Notes: generated by a model not told the origin, from the letters alone. DNA of 64,000 nt from Limnohabitans sp. (GCA_044233865.1 JBIIJK010000001.1:38465-102464); one strand, 5' to 3'; positions 30,391-41,098 are shown, counted from the first letter of the stretch. Program-made: numbers and translations.

Positions 30391-31002
30391 ATGGACAAGC
30401 CAATTCGACAGGACCAAGAAACACCTTTGAAGGGTGTGCGGGCAAACATTGTCCAGTCGATTCGTGCATTTCGCGTCAGCGACCTGCAAGAAGCGGCAGA
30501 TGGTTTGGGACAACACTTTTTGTATGCCAATTTGTCGAAGGCACAAAGCAAACAAGATGTGCTCGATTTGATCGCAGCACAGTTCACCTTGCCTTCGCAC
30601 TTTGGCAAGAACTTTGATGCCTTGTATGACAGCATGACCGACCCGCTGCACAAGTCTGGCCCACAGCCTGGCTTTATCGTGGTCTTGGAGCACATTCCTG
30701 CCAATTTAAAGTTTGACAAAGAAGCCCGCGAACAGCTGCTCGATATTTTCCGCGACACGGCCGATTATTGGGGCGACCGCAAAGTGCCTTTCCGTTGCTT
30801 CTATTCTTTCTCTGTGGCACGCGCTGCTACTGCAGGTGCCGAGAAACTGGCGGATGCTGCTCCCGAGTTGGATGCTGATGGTGTTGAAATGCTGGTTGAA
30901 GAAGGCGAAAAAATGCCGACCGATAAGTTGGTCGATGTTTCACCATTGGCGCTTCGCATGAGCAGTCCCTTCAATGCTGGCTATTGGCTCGCAGCTGCCT
31001 AA
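30391..31002 (+). CDS. barstar-like ribonuclease inhibitor with about 60-aa acidic C-terminal extension
   Basis: LPSHFGKNFDALYDSMTD aligns with barstar LPEYYGENLDALWDCLTG. The gene is adjacent to the RNase gene. An alternative GTG start lies at 30379. Confidence 0.8.
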   Translation: MDKPIRQDQETPLKGVRANIVQSIRAFRVSDLQEAADGLGQHFLYANLSKAQSKQDVLDLIAAQFTLPSHFGKNFDALYDSMTDPLHKSGPQPGFIVVLEHIPANLKFDKEAREQLLDIFRDTADYWGDRKVPFRCFYSFSVARAATAGAEKLADAAPELDADGVEMLVEEGEKMPTDKLVDVSPLALRMSSPFNAGYWLAAA

Positions 31003-31758
31003 TCAGTGATTCAAGGCCATGGCCAGCTGAAGATATTCCTCAACTGGAACTTCTTCAGCACGGCGTTGCACATCAAAAGGGCCCGCAAAATTTCGCTCTG
31101 TTAACCAAGCACCTAGGGTGTGCCTTAGCAGTTTGCGCCGTTGGCTGAAAGCCACTTGAACCATCTTTTCCAAAAGCTTCACATCGATGTTGGCTGGCGC
31201 ACTGCGCGGCACCATGCGCACAACTGCGCTGTCAACGCGCGGCGGTGGATCAAAGCTTTCAGGTGGCACAAAGAGCACATTTTCCATTTCATAACGCCAC
31301 TGCAACATGACAGACAAACGGCCATAGTCTGACGTTGCAGGAGAGGCTACCATGCGGTCAACCACTTCCTTTTGCAGCATAAAGTGTTGATCTTCGATGG
31401 CGCTGACATGCGCTAGCAAGTGAAACAAAATAGGCGTAGAAATGTTGTAAGGCAAGTTGCCCACGACCCTCAGTTTGTGACCGGCCGCCAGTGCCGTGAA
31501 GTCAACGCGCAAGACATCCGACTCCACCACGGTGAGTTGTTTGTGAAGTCGAAGGCGCATGGCCAAGTCACGGTCTAACTCAATGACAGTCAGATGCCCC
31601 AAGCGCTCAACCAAGGGTTGCGTGAGGGCCGCCAAGCCAGGGCCAATTTCAACCATGGCTTGCCCAGCTTGTGGGTGTATGGCATTCACGATGGCATCAA
31701 TGATGCCGCCGTCAGATAAAAAGTGTTGGCCGAAACGTTTGCGTGGAATGTGCTTCAT
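31003..31758 (-). CDS. rsmA: 16S rRNA (adenine1518/1519-N6)-dimethyltransferase
   Basis: 251 aa. KRFGQHFL, the SAM motif VEIGPG, and [10 protein letters not shown]. Confidence 0.95.
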   Translation of the reverse strand: MKHIPRKRFGQHFLSDGGIIDAIVNAIHPQAGQAMVEIGPGLAALTQPLVERLGHLTVIELDRDLAMRLRLHKQLTVVESDVLRVDFTALAAGHKLRVVGNLPYNISTPILFHLLAHVSAIEDQHFMLQKEVVDRMVASPATSDYGRLSVMLQWRYEMENVLFVPPESFDPPPRVDSAVVRMVPRSAPANIDVKLLEKMVQVAFSQRRKLLRHTLGAWLTERNFAGPFDVQRRAEEVPVEEYLQLAMALNH

Positions 31759-33086
31759 TGGGGAGGGTCGCGCAATTCAACATAAGCGCGACCGCGTAAT
31801 TCCTCAACCCATGCTGAATAAAGTTCTTCAATTTTCTTTTCGCGCAGTTGTGTGCGAATCATTTCACGTTGTTCACGAACCGACAATGGCACCTCGCGAC
31901 GCTCCATGACCTGAATGAGGTGCGCGCCAAACCGAGAAATCAAGGGATCGGAAATTTGTCCAGGTTGCAGGCGCGCCATGACCTCTTCAAACTCTGGGAC
32001 AAACTGACCAGGGCTTGCCCAGCCTAAATCACCGCCTGCTGAAGCGCTGCCGTCTTGCGAGAACTGCCGAGCCAAATCGGCAAAATCTGTTCCAGTTTGC
32101 ACCCGTTGCTTGTAAGTGACCAAGCGATTGCGCGCGGCGGCTTCGGACAATTCGCTCCCAGTACGCAGCAAAATGTGGCGAGCACGCGTTTGTAAAATCA
32201 AAGTGCTGCTCATCTCACTTTGCTTTTTGTCCAGCACCTTCAAGATATGAAAACCAGCGCCAGAGCGAACGGGGTCTGAGACCTCGCCTTTGTTGAGATT
32301 TTGCGTACTGTCAATAAACAGAGTGGGGTAGCGGTCGGCGGTGCGTAAACCCATTTCGCCACCATTGGCGCCTTTGTCAGGGGCTTGGGAGAAGGCTTTT
32401 GCCAATGCCGCAAAGTTCTCGCCACTTTTGGCGCGTTGCACAATTTGTTGTGCTTTGATTTTTAATTCAGCGGCCTCTTGTTCAGAACTATTCTCTGGCA
32501 CGGCAATCAAAATCATGGCCAGGTTGATATCCACTGGACTGCTGGCCATAGGCTTGCCTGCTTGCTGACTTTGAAGGTACTGCGCGATATCGGTGTCGGA
32601 AATACGGGCTCTGTTGTCAACGTCCCGTTCACGCAAACGGCTGATCATCAATTGGTTTCGCAATTGCTCGCGAAATGCAGAGACGCTTAAGCCCTCCGAA
32701 ACAAGTCGTTTGTACAGCTCTTCTTTGGAGACTTGATTTTGACGTGCAATGTTGAGCTCTGTTTGATCGATCTCTGTGTCATCAATGCGAATACCATTGT
32801 CGCGAGCTTGTTGCAATTGGGTTTTCTCATTGATCAATTGATCAAGGGCCTGCTGCGTCAAAACTTGTGCGCTGGGTACGGCGACACCGGGCTGCAATTG
32901 CTTTTCTAAACGCAGCTTTAGATTTTTAACCTCGTTGTTGGTGATGGGCTCTGAATTCACAACGGCAACAATGTAGTCAACGGGACGTGATTTCAAATTG
33001 CTCTGGGCCTGCGCCAGGCCCGGTCCAATGAGCGCCCCTGCAAAGCTTGCGATCATGCCGATGGTCAATGGAAAAAATTTAGTCAT
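31755..33086 (-). CDS. surA: periplasmic chaperone / peptidyl-prolyl isomerase SurA
   Basis: 443 aa with a signal peptide and parvulin domains (HILL..., GGDLGW). Sits between lptD and rsmA. Confidence 0.9.
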   Translation of the reverse strand: MTKFFPLTIGMIASFAGALIGPGLAQAQSNLKSRPVDYIVAVVNSEPITNNEVKNLKLRLEKQLQPGVAVPSAQVLTQQALDQLINEKTQLQQARDNGIRIDDTEIDQTELNIARQNQVSKEELYKRLVSEGLSVSAFREQLRNQLMISRLRERDVDNRARISDTDIAQYLQSQQAGKPMASSPVDINLAMILIAVPENSSEQEAAELKIKAQQIVQRAKSGENFAALAKAFSQAPDKGANGGEMGLRTADRYPTLFIDSTQNLNKGEVSDPVRSGAGFHILKVLDKKQSEMSSTLILQTRARHILLRTGSELSEAAARNRLVTYKQRVQTGTDFADLARQFSQDGSASAGGDLGWASPGQFVPEFEEVMARLQPGQISDPLISRFGAHLIQVMERREVPLSVREQREMIRTQLREKKIEELYSAWVEELRGRAYVELRDPPQ

Positions 33087-35517
33087 ATGTCGTGAATCTG
33101 GTGGTGGGCGCTAAATCTTCGCGGAGGTATTGGTAACGAGGGATATTGTCGCGCAATGTTTTCAAAGGACTAGAGCCAACACGGGCCAATCCCACAAATT
33201 CAAGCTGAAAAAGAATTCGACTGCGTGAGGTGCTTGTCGTGCTTTGAAGGCGCTCATAAACCACGCGACCTAGCCAGCAACCTGAGTCGTATTCAAACCC
33301 TAGCAAGGTGTCGACCATTTTGCGATCCTTCAAGCTGAAGTTCATGCGTCCAACGCTGTACCAGCGATCGGCGCCTAAGCCTTGGCCAGGACCCATGACC
33401 TGTTGGTTGCCCGTGGCCTCGTCATGCTTGGCAAAGGAAAAGTCACGCAAAGGCCATTGCCAGCCCACGTCAATTTGCTCGCTTTGATCGCGCGCCAAGC
33501 GGTAGGCGGTATTCAAAACACGGTACGGTGTCGGATTGAACCGGGTACTTAGCGTGGTCCGAGATGTGCGGTGGGTTTGTGCATCAAATTGCAAGCTTGA
33601 GTCGAAGGTCCAGCGGTTGTCCCAGCGGACACCCGCACCCAGCAAAATATCGCTGTAGCCAGAGGACACAGGCAATTCGCCTGGCAACCTGACCAATTGA
33701 TCAGAGAATCGATAGCGCTGTGCAAATCCAAAGCGCGCCAGCTCTGCGCCCGTGTTGCTGTCAAATAACCGGCTGTTCACGCCCAAAGTCACCAAGTTGT
33801 TGTCTGCTAGGCGGTCTTGCCCCACATACGGATTTTCGGAGTAGATCGTGGTGAGGTTGAAGTCTGTTGCGCCACTGTCGTAACTGGGCAGTTGACTTTG
33901 ATCTTTGTAAGGTGTTCTGACAAAAAAGGCCCGAGGCTCCAGAGTTTGTCTTAAGCCTCGACCCAAAATTGAAGCGTCTCGCTCATAGACAAGGCCCGTG
34001 TCCAAGCTGAAAGTCGGCAGCAAGCGGTTGGCTTCCAATTGACCGTTAGCAAGCGCTGAGTCCAACTGGTAGCGTGTGGCGTGAAGCTGTATTTTTGGAA
34101 TCACAAAGCCCCATGGTTTGAGCCACGGCCGGCTGATTTGGGCGGCTGCAAAGCTGCGCTGACCATTGCGCAAAATAGAACTTGTGCCACCGGGTATTCG
34201 GCTGTAGTCTGCCTCAAAGCGGGTGGTGTCGGCCGTGACGCCCACATCAAAACCGCTGAGATCCCATGTGTTGTAGCGAGCCACTATTTGAGGCGATCGA
34301 TCGTAAGGCGGCGTGATGGGTGAACTGATGTCTTGTAAAGTTTGAAATTTCAAAACCTGGGTCATCATGGAGAGATCACCTTGCGCCCAATGCAGACTAC
34401 CAGAGGCAGGCAGCAGACGTTGTGACAGCGACAAGCCGGCCCGTGGGAAATCCCGCCAGTAGTTGTCGTCGCTGACGCGGTTCAAATTCAAATTCAAACC
34501 TAAGCGGCCTAAGGTGCTGCTGCCGGTTTCAATGCCGCCGGTATGCTGAGTCGAAAGACCCCAGCGAGATTGCTGGCGCAGGGTGTCGTTGGGCATCAGG
34601 TTGAAACGTGTCTGACCTTGGCTGTCAGGCTCTAGGTAGCGAAATTCAGAATCAAAAGCGACGCCGCGCTTGCTCATGAAAGTCGTTGTCAGTGTGGCAT
34701 CGCGATTGGGCGCAATGTTCCAATAATAAGGCGAAGAAATCTCAACACCGCTGACGGTATCGATACCAACCAGTGGCGACAGCAAGCCCGACTGTCTGGT
34801 GCTATTGAGCGGAAAAGTGAGTGAGGGCGCAGCCAAGATCGGCACATCTTTGAAGCGAAGTTGCAAGTCCTTGGCTTGAATGGTGTCGTTTTCTTCATTC
34901 ACTTGAAGGCTGGCCGCTTTGAGCACCCATTCAGGCAGCCAGCTAGGGCCTGGCAAGCGTGCGCAGGTGGTGTAGGTCGCATTGCGAATGATGGCGCGCT
35001 GCTGATCGATGAACTCAATTTCAGAAGCCTTGCCATGGCCGCCACCTTTGAGCAAGGTGTAGTCAGCTTGCGAAAATTTGCCTTGAAAGGCGTCCGCCTG
35101 CAAGATCAAGGAGCTGCCTTGAAATGTATTCCCATCTCGATTGATTTTGACACCGCCGGTGGCTTTCAAGGTGTCTTGAGACTGATCGTATTCAATGCGC
35201 TGGGCCTTCACAGTCAAGCCTTGTTTGCGCAGCAAAGCATCGCCTTCGATGACCATGTCCAGGTCGGGCCGGGCATCAATGCGCTTGCCCGAAATAAACA
35301 AGGGCGATTGCTTGCGCTCGACTTCAGAAATCTTTTCTTCTAGGTGAGTGCTGCTTCGAAGAATGACGCCAGGGATGGCGGCAGGCAGACTGAGCGCTGG
35401 AGGCCCTTTGGCGGGACCCGCAACTTGGCCCCAGACCGGCGCGAGCCCAAGTAACATACCAGCCAAAGGCAGGGCTTGTAGGTGCTTGAGCGTCTGAAAT
35501 GAGGGGCGTGTCTTCAA
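33079..35517 (-). CDS. lptD: LPS assembly outer-membrane protein LptD
   Basis: 812 aa with a signal peptide, an OstA N-terminal domain and a large beta-barrel. Conserved lptD-surA synteny. Confidence 0.93.
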   Translation of the reverse strand: MKTRPSFQTLKHLQALPLAGMLLGLAPVWGQVAGPAKGPPALSLPAAIPGVILRSSTHLEEKISEVERKQSPLFISGKRIDARPDLDMVIEGDALLRKQGLTVKAQRIEYDQSQDTLKATGGVKINRDGNTFQGSSLILQADAFQGKFSQADYTLLKGGGHGKASEIEFIDQQRAIIRNATYTTCARLPGPSWLPEWVLKAASLQVNEENDTIQAKDLQLRFKDVPILAAPSLTFPLNSTRQSGLLSPLVGIDTVSGVEISSPYYWNIAPNRDATLTTTFMSKRGVAFDSEFRYLEPDSQGQTRFNLMPNDTLRQQSRWGLSTQHTGGIETGSSTLGRLGLNLNLNRVSDDNYWRDFPRAGLSLSQRLLPASGSLHWAQGDLSMMTQVLKFQTLQDISSPITPPYDRSPQIVARYNTWDLSGFDVGVTADTTRFEADYSRIPGGTSSILRNGQRSFAAAQISRPWLKPWGFVIPKIQLHATRYQLDSALANGQLEANRLLPTFSLDTGLVYERDASILGRGLRQTLEPRAFFVRTPYKDQSQLPSYDSGATDFNLTTIYSENPYVGQDRLADNNLVTLGVNSRLFDSNTGAELARFGFAQRYRFSDQLVRLPGELPVSSGYSDILLGAGVRWDNRWTFDSSLQFDAQTHRTSRTTLSTRFNPTPYRVLNTAYRLARDQSEQIDVGWQWPLRDFSFAKHDEATGNQQVMGPGQGLGADRWYSVGRMNFSLKDRKMVDTLLGFEYDSGCWLGRVVYERLQSTTSTSRSRILFQLEFVGLARVGSSPLKTLRDNIPRYQYLREDLAPTTRFTTYD

Positions 35518-35566
35518 AGGGCTATCGTCCAGGTTGACGGGTGTTTGTAGAATGGATTATCCATGA

Positions 35567-36724
35567 GTGCCGCCCAACATGACCCAAGAACGCGGCCCGG
35601 TGGCATGGCTTGACTTATACAACTGGAATGAGAACTTGAATTCTGATCAAATTTCGACGTCGAATGTGACTTGGGCCGAACCGCAGCGCCAATTGGCGTG
35701 CATTTCATGGCTAGAAGCTTTGGCGCAAACCCATGGCCTTGTGCTATCCAGTTTAAGAATTGCATCTGCCGATGCCAGCTTCAGGCGTTATTTGCGCGTT
35801 GACACGCAGGCGGGCGCCAGCCTGATTGTGATGGACGCACCGCCCGACAAAGAAAATTGTGAACCCTTTGTCAAAGTTGCCAAACTCATGCAGTCTGCAG
35901 GACTCAAAGCCCCCGAAGTTTTGGCATGGCACGAAGCACAAGGCTTCATGCTGCTCACAGATTTGGGCGACCAGACCATGATGTCCGCCATTGACGTCAA
36001 AAACCCGCAAGCCAATCATGCGCTTTACATGCAGGCTGTCGATGCCTTGATAGCGTGGCAGCTGTCTTCTAAAGCGGGTGTCTTGCCGCCCTACGATGAG
36101 GCTTTGCTGAACCGAGAGCTGAGCTTGTTTCCAGACTGGTACCTTGCGCAGCATCGTCAAATTGATGTTCAAGGCAAAATGAGGAACACGCTAGACAGCA
36201 CCTTCAAAATGCTGGTGGCGCGCAATCTGGCCAGCCCTTCGGTGTTTGTCCATCGTGATTTCATGCCGCGCAATTTGATGATGCCCACGGGCAGTGATGT
36301 CGCTTTAGGCGTGTTGGATTTTCAAGATGCGGTGTATGGCCCTGTCACCTATGACGTGGCCAGTTTGATGCGCGATGCATTTCTGACTTGGGAAGAAGAT
36401 TTTGTGCTCGATGTCACCATTCGCTATTGGGAAAAAGCGCGCAAGGCAGGTCTGCTCGACTTTGAAGATTGGCACCAAGATTTTGGTGTTTTCTACCGCG
36501 CCGTAGAGTGGATGGGCTTGCAGCGCCATCTGAAAGTGGCTGGCATTTTTGCGCGCCTGACTTTGCGCGATGGCAAAGAAAAATACTTGGCCGATGCACC
36601 TCGTTTTATCGCCTACATTCGCTCAACAGCCGCCCGGTACATTGAACTCAGACCCCTGCTACGCTTGATCGAAGAAGTAGAAGGCAAAGACGGTGTGACG
36701 GGTTTTGCGTTTGGCCGTATGTAA
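35567..36724 (+). CDS. amgK: aminoglycoside-phosphotransferase-fold kinase, AmgK-like (MurNAc/GlcNAc anomeric kinase)
   Basis: ASADASFRRYLRV and HRDFMPRNLM (kinase catalytic loop). Divergent from lptD, as in pseudomonads. The start may be slightly downstream of 35567. Confidence 0.75.
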   Translation: MPPNMTQERGPVAWLDLYNWNENLNSDQISTSNVTWAEPQRQLACISWLEALAQTHGLVLSSLRIASADASFRRYLRVDTQAGASLIVMDAPPDKENCEPFVKVAKLMQSAGLKAPEVLAWHEAQGFMLLTDLGDQTMMSAIDVKNPQANHALYMQAVDALIAWQLSSKAGVLPPYDEALLNRELSLFPDWYLAQHRQIDVQGKMRNTLDSTFKMLVARNLASPSVFVHRDFMPRNLMMPTGSDVALGVLDFQDAVYGPVTYDVASLMRDAFLTWEEDFVLDVTIRYWEKARKAGLLDFEDWHQDFGVFYRAVEWMGLQRHLKVAGIFARLTLRDGKEKYLADAPRFIAYIRSTAARYIELRPLLRLIEEVEGKDGVTGFAFGRM

Positions 36725-36741
36725 GTGCTGAAAGTCAAACA

Positions 36742-37512
36742 TTGATGTCAAACCTGCCACGCTTTCATTGCCCAACGGCGCTCATCCCAGGTGACGCCTT
36801 GAATCTGCCATCAGGCACTGCAAGGCATGTGCAAGTTCTGAGGCTTCAGCCCAACGACCAAATCACCCTTTTCAATGGTCAAGGCGGTGAGTTCAAAGCC
36901 GTGGTCACGCACATGGGCCGCAGTGATGTGTCGGTGCGCGTGGGTGAGCAAAACCACATTGAGCGTGAGTTGAACATGGGCGTCCATTTATGGTCTGGCA
37001 TCACGGCCAATGAGCGCATGGACTGGTTGCTTGAAAAAGCCACTGAGTTGGGCGCCGCCACGCTGTTGCCCATCACGGCCGAGCGCAGTGTCTTGAAACT
37101 CAAGGGTGAACGCGCAGATAAAAAATTAGCCCATTGGCAAGCCATTGCGGTGGCCTCAAGTGAGCAGTGTGGTCGTAACCGAGTTTTGCAAGTGGCCACG
37201 CCGGTTAATCTTTCCCAGGCCATTGCGCAGTTATCAGGCGCACCCTCGCAAGCCGCAAGGTGGGTCTTGTCGTTGGCGCCCGGCACTCGATCGCTTCAAG
37301 ACATGATACAAGCGCTCAAAACCGCCAAAGGCCAGGGTGAGGCCAAGCGGGACGAGGTTATTTTGCTTAGCGGGCCAGAAGGGGGTTTGAGTCCCACAGA
37401 GGAAGCGCAGGCCATTGCAGCAGGGTTTGTCCCTGTGAGCTTAGGCCATCGGGTTTTGCGTGCTGAAACAGCGCCTGTCGCCGTTTTGTCTGCACTGAGT
37501 TGTTGGGATTAG
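36742..37512 (+). CDS. rsmE: 16S rRNA (uracil1498-N3)-methyltransferase
   Basis: 256 aa. PRFHCP...HVQVLRL... N-terminus (PUA-like) and a C-terminal SPOUT domain (GPEGGLSPTE). Confidence 0.88.
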   Translation: MMSNLPRFHCPTALIPGDALNLPSGTARHVQVLRLQPNDQITLFNGQGGEFKAVVTHMGRSDVSVRVGEQNHIERELNMGVHLWSGITANERMDWLLEKATELGAATLLPITAERSVLKLKGERADKKLAHWQAIAVASSEQCGRNRVLQVATPVNLSQAIAQLSGAPSQAARWVLSLAPGTRSLQDMIQALKTAKGQGEAKRDEVILLSGPEGGLSPTEEAQAIAAGFVPVSLGHRVLRAETAPVAVLSALSCWD

Positions 37513-37526
37513 ATACACTCCGGTGT

Positions 37527-38699
37527 ATGAACCCCAATCTTTTTTTGTTGGCCTTGTGCCAAGGACTGTTTCTCACCAACAACGTCACCTTCATTGCAAT
37601 CAATGGCCTTGTCGGCCTAAGCCTTGCGCCCGAGGGATGGATGGCCACGCTGCCGGTCATGGGTTATGTGGTGGGCGGCGCGTTGTCGACAGGCCTGGTG
37701 GCCAAGTCCCAATCCAAGTGGGGCCGCAGAGTTTCTTTTCAGCTGGGTTTGTTGGTGGGCTTGTTGTCGGCCATCCTGTGTGCCTATGCGGCGCACACTC
37801 ACAATTTTGAGCTGTTGGTTTTGGCAACGGTGGTGGCCGGTTATTACAGCGCCAATGGCCAACTTTACCGATTTGCCGCCGCCGAATTGGCAGAAGCTTC
37901 CTTTCGAGAAAAGGCGGTTTCATGGGTCATGGCGGGTGGCTTGATTGGTGCCATCGTGGGCCCCAATTTGGCCTCTCAAAGCAAAGGCTGGTTTGAAACG
38001 CCTTTTATGGGCGCCTATGTGGCCCTCACAGCCGTAGCGGTGCTGGGCATGGTGCTGATGCACTTTGTGAAGTTTCCGCCTGTGGTTGAGAAAGTCAAAG
38101 GCAGCTCAGAAGGTCGCCCCTTGAGCGAGATCATGAAACAACCGGTTTTCATTGTGGCTGCAGCTGCAGCCGCGCTCAGTTATGGCGTGATGAATTTGTT
38201 GATGGCTGCAACACCCCTGGCCATGCAGGTGTGCGGCTATCCGTTCAGTGATGCCGCATTGGTTTTGGAGTGGCATGTCATTGGCATGTTTGCGCCTGGT
38301 TTTTTCACAGGTCACCTGATTAAGAAATTTGGCGTCCTGCAAATCATGGCGGTGGGCGTGCTGTTGAACTTTGTCTGCATTGGCATAGCGCTTTCTGGCA
38401 CGGAGCTGCATCAATTTGTGTTGGCTTTGTTTGTCCTGGGTGTCGGTTGGAACTTTGTTTTCACAGGCAGCACCACGCTGGCCATGACAGCTTGGCGACC
38501 TGAAGAGAAAGACCGTGGTCAAGCGGCCATCAACTTCTGTGTCTTTGCCACCATGGCCGTTACCTCTTTTGCCTCTGGCGCACTGGTGACCACACAAGGC
38601 TGGACGTGGTTGAACTATGGCTCAGTGGTGCCTGTAGCACTCACGGCTCTGGCCTTGATGTGGCTGGTCTGGATTCGCAAAAACCAGACCGCTGCGTAA
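37527..38699 (+). CDS. MFS transporter
   Basis: A 12-TM hydrophobic profile. I prefer the ATG at 37527 (MNPNLFLLALCQG) over the listed TTG at 37500. Confidence 0.8.
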   Translation: MNPNLFLLALCQGLFLTNNVTFIAINGLVGLSLAPEGWMATLPVMGYVVGGALSTGLVAKSQSKWGRRVSFQLGLLVGLLSAILCAYAAHTHNFELLVLATVVAGYYSANGQLYRFAAAELAEASFREKAVSWVMAGGLIGAIVGPNLASQSKGWFETPFMGAYVALTAVAVLGMVLMHFVKFPPVVEKVKGSSEGRPLSEIMKQPVFIVAAAAAALSYGVMNLLMAATPLAMQVCGYPFSDAALVLEWHVIGMFAPGFFTGHLIKKFGVLQIMAVGVLLNFVCIGIALSGTELHQFVLALFVLGVGWNFVFTGSTTLAMTAWRPEEKDRGQAAINFCVFATMAVTSFASGALVTTQGWTWLNYGSVVPVALTALALMWLVWIRKNQTAA

Positions 38700-38704
38700 A
38701 AAAA

Positions 38705-40198
38705 TCAGGGCAGCGATGCCATGACTTCAGCTACCGAGGCGGTGAGTTTTTTGGCATAAGGCACATGCAAAAATTCATTGGGGCCGTGCGCATTGCTTTT
38801 CGGGCCCAACACACCACACACCATCATTTGTGCTTTTGGAAAGCCTTGGCTCAACATGCTCATGAGAGGAATGGTGCCGCCCTGACCGATGTAGCCCACC
38901 GATGCACCAAAGTGCGATTGACTGGCACGTTGCAGTGCACTTTCAAACCACGGTGTGCTGCTCGGTGCGTTCCAACCGGTCGCGCCGCCGTTGGATTCAA
39001 AAGTCACTCGCGCTTGGTAAGGCGCGTTGTCTTCTAACATTGCTTTCATTTTGGCAACAGCGGATGCTGCATCGACCAAAGGCGGCAAGCGCAAGCTCAG
39101 TTTGAACGCCGTGTAAGGCCGCAGCACATTGCCTGCGTTTTCTAATGTGGGAAAACCTTCGGCACCGGTGACACTCAGTGTGGGTGTCCATGTGCGATTG
39201 AGCAAAGCCTGCAAAGGGTCGGTGGTGGTGGGCAATGCAAACATGGTGGAGCCGCCGCAATCGTAGTGCGCCCAAGGAAAACGTTTGTAAACCTCTTCAC
39301 CCAAAATGCCCGCGGTGGCTTTGGCTTGTGCCAATCGATCGGCAGGCACTTCGCAGTGAAAGCTGTCAGGCAAAAGTCGACCCGACTTGCTGTCTTCTAA
39401 ACGGTCTAGCACCTGGCGCATGATGCGAAAGCTGGAGGGTACCAAGCCTGATGCATCACCTGAGTGAATGCCTTCCGTCAAAATTTCAACCTTCAAAGTG
39501 CCACTGGCCATGCCGCGCAAACTGGTGGTAAGCCACAGCTGATCGTAGTTGCCTGCGCCACTGTCTAAGCAAATGACCAGGCCCACATCGCCCAGGCGCG
39601 GGCGCAGTGCATCGATGTAGGGCAACAGATCGTAGGAGCCCGACTCTTCACACGTTTCAATCAAGCCCACAATGCGGGGGTGTGGTGTATTTTGATTCTT
39701 CAAGGCCTGAACAGCAGCGATGCTGGCATAAGCGGCATAACCGTCGTCTGCACCGCCGCGGCCATAGAGCTTGCCGTTTTCGTATTTGGGCGTCCAGGGG
39801 CCTAAGTCATTTCGCCAGCCGCTGAACTCGGGTTGTTTGTCTAAGTGGCCATACATCAACACCGTTTGACCAGAGCCTTCAGACGCAGCACGCGTGGCGG
39901 GAACGTCAAAAAACAAAACAGGTGTGCGACCCGGCAAGCGCAAAATTTCCAATGTGAGACCGGCTACTTTTTGCGCTTCAATCCACTCGGCCGTTTGGCG
40001 CAGTACGGTGTCGAGGTAACCATTGGCTTCCCAGTTGCTGTCAAAGGACGGTGACTTGGCGGGAATTTCAATGTAGCTTGTAAGCTCTTTCAAAATGCTG
40101 CTGTCCCACGATTGGGTGACATCTCGCAAAGCTGTTTCAGCGTTCAAAAGGTGCGCAGGAAGTTCTTTGTGAATGGGTGCGTTCATGATGCTCTCCAA
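38705..40198 (-). CDS. M20 family metallopeptidase (dipeptidase-like)
   Basis: 497 aa. YGHLDKQP, GRGGADDGY and the ETCEESGS metal-ligand motifs of M20/CNDP-type dipeptidases. Confidence 0.85.
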   Translation of the reverse strand: MESIMNAPIHKELPAHLLNAETALRDVTQSWDSSILKELTSYIEIPAKSPSFDSNWEANGYLDTVLRQTAEWIEAQKVAGLTLEILRLPGRTPVLFFDVPATRAASEGSGQTVLMYGHLDKQPEFSGWRNDLGPWTPKYENGKLYGRGGADDGYAAYASIAAVQALKNQNTPHPRIVGLIETCEESGSYDLLPYIDALRPRLGDVGLVICLDSGAGNYDQLWLTTSLRGMASGTLKVEILTEGIHSGDASGLVPSSFRIMRQVLDRLEDSKSGRLLPDSFHCEVPADRLAQAKATAGILGEEVYKRFPWAHYDCGGSTMFALPTTTDPLQALLNRTWTPTLSVTGAEGFPTLENAGNVLRPYTAFKLSLRLPPLVDAASAVAKMKAMLEDNAPYQARVTFESNGGATGWNAPSSTPWFESALQRASQSHFGASVGYIGQGGTIPLMSMLSQGFPKAQMMVCGVLGPKSNAHGPNEFLHVPYAKKLTASVAEVMASLP

Positions 40199-40202
40199 AA
40201 AT

Positions 40203-41033
40203 TCAGTTTGATTTCAACCAAGACAAGCCGCGAGAAGTGCCACCCGAGGTGGTGTCTGCAGGAACGTACTCACAACCGATCCAACCTTGCCAGCCCCATT
40301 GTGCAGACAGTCGATCGATCAAGTCAAATAAATAAGGCCAATTCAATTCACCCGTGCCGGGTTCGTGACGAAGTGGCACATCGGCAATTTGAAGGTGACC
40401 TACTTTGCCTGTGGGAAAGTAGCGCTCCAATTTGGTGGTGACATCGCCTTCCACAATTTGGCAGTGGAACAAATCCATTTGCACTTTCAAATTAGGCTCG
40501 TTCACTTGTGCCAATATTTCGTGAGCATGGTCTTGGCGGTTGACAAAAAACCCTGGAATACCGCGCAAGTTAATGGGCTCAAGCAAGACATCGAGGCCTT
40601 GAGCGCGCACTTCTTGGCACGCCCACTTTAAATTGGCTACCAAGGTGGCTTGGGCTTGATCGCGTGAAACACCAGCAGGCAACACTCCCGCCATCGAGTG
40701 AATGCGAGGACAGCCCAAAATTTCTGCATAGCGCATGGCGCGCTTGACGCCCGCTTTGTATTCGGCCTCGCGGCCCGGAGAGCAAGCTGTTCCGCGATCG
40801 CCCTTTTCCCAAGCGCTTAAGGTGCTTGCATCATCAATGCCGCCGGGGGGCATATTGAACAAAACCTGCTGAAGGCCGTTGCCTTTGAGACGAGCGGCCA
40901 ATTCTTCGGCGGCATAAGCGTAAGGAAATAAATACTCAACGGCTTTGAAGCCATCTTTGGCCGCAGCTTCAAAGCGGTCTAAGAAATCCATGTCGGGGTA
41001 CATCATGGAAAGATTGGCAGCGAATTGAGGCAT
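40203..41033 (-). CDS. otnI: 2-oxo-tetronate isomerase / hydroxypyruvate isomerase family (TIM barrel)
   Basis: 276 aa. MPQFAANLSMMY...FLDRFEAAAKDGFKAVE is typical of the Hyi family. Clustered with otnK, otnC and ltnD. Confidence 0.8.
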   Translation of the reverse strand: MPQFAANLSMMYPDMDFLDRFEAAAKDGFKAVEYLFPYAYAAEELAARLKGNGLQQVLFNMPPGGIDDASTLSAWEKGDRGTACSPGREAEYKAGVKRAMRYAEILGCPRIHSMAGVLPAGVSRDQAQATLVANLKWACQEVRAQGLDVLLEPINLRGIPGFFVNRQDHAHEILAQVNEPNLKVQMDLFHCQIVEGDVTTKLERYFPTGKVGHLQIADVPLRHEPGTGELNWPYLFDLIDRLSAQWGWQGWIGCEYVPADTTSGGTSRGLSWLKSN

Positions 41034-41098
41034 GTTCAGCTTTCAAACAGAAAGAGTGGGTGCAATTTAAAAAGGTCGATGTGAGATGGGGCAATGCA

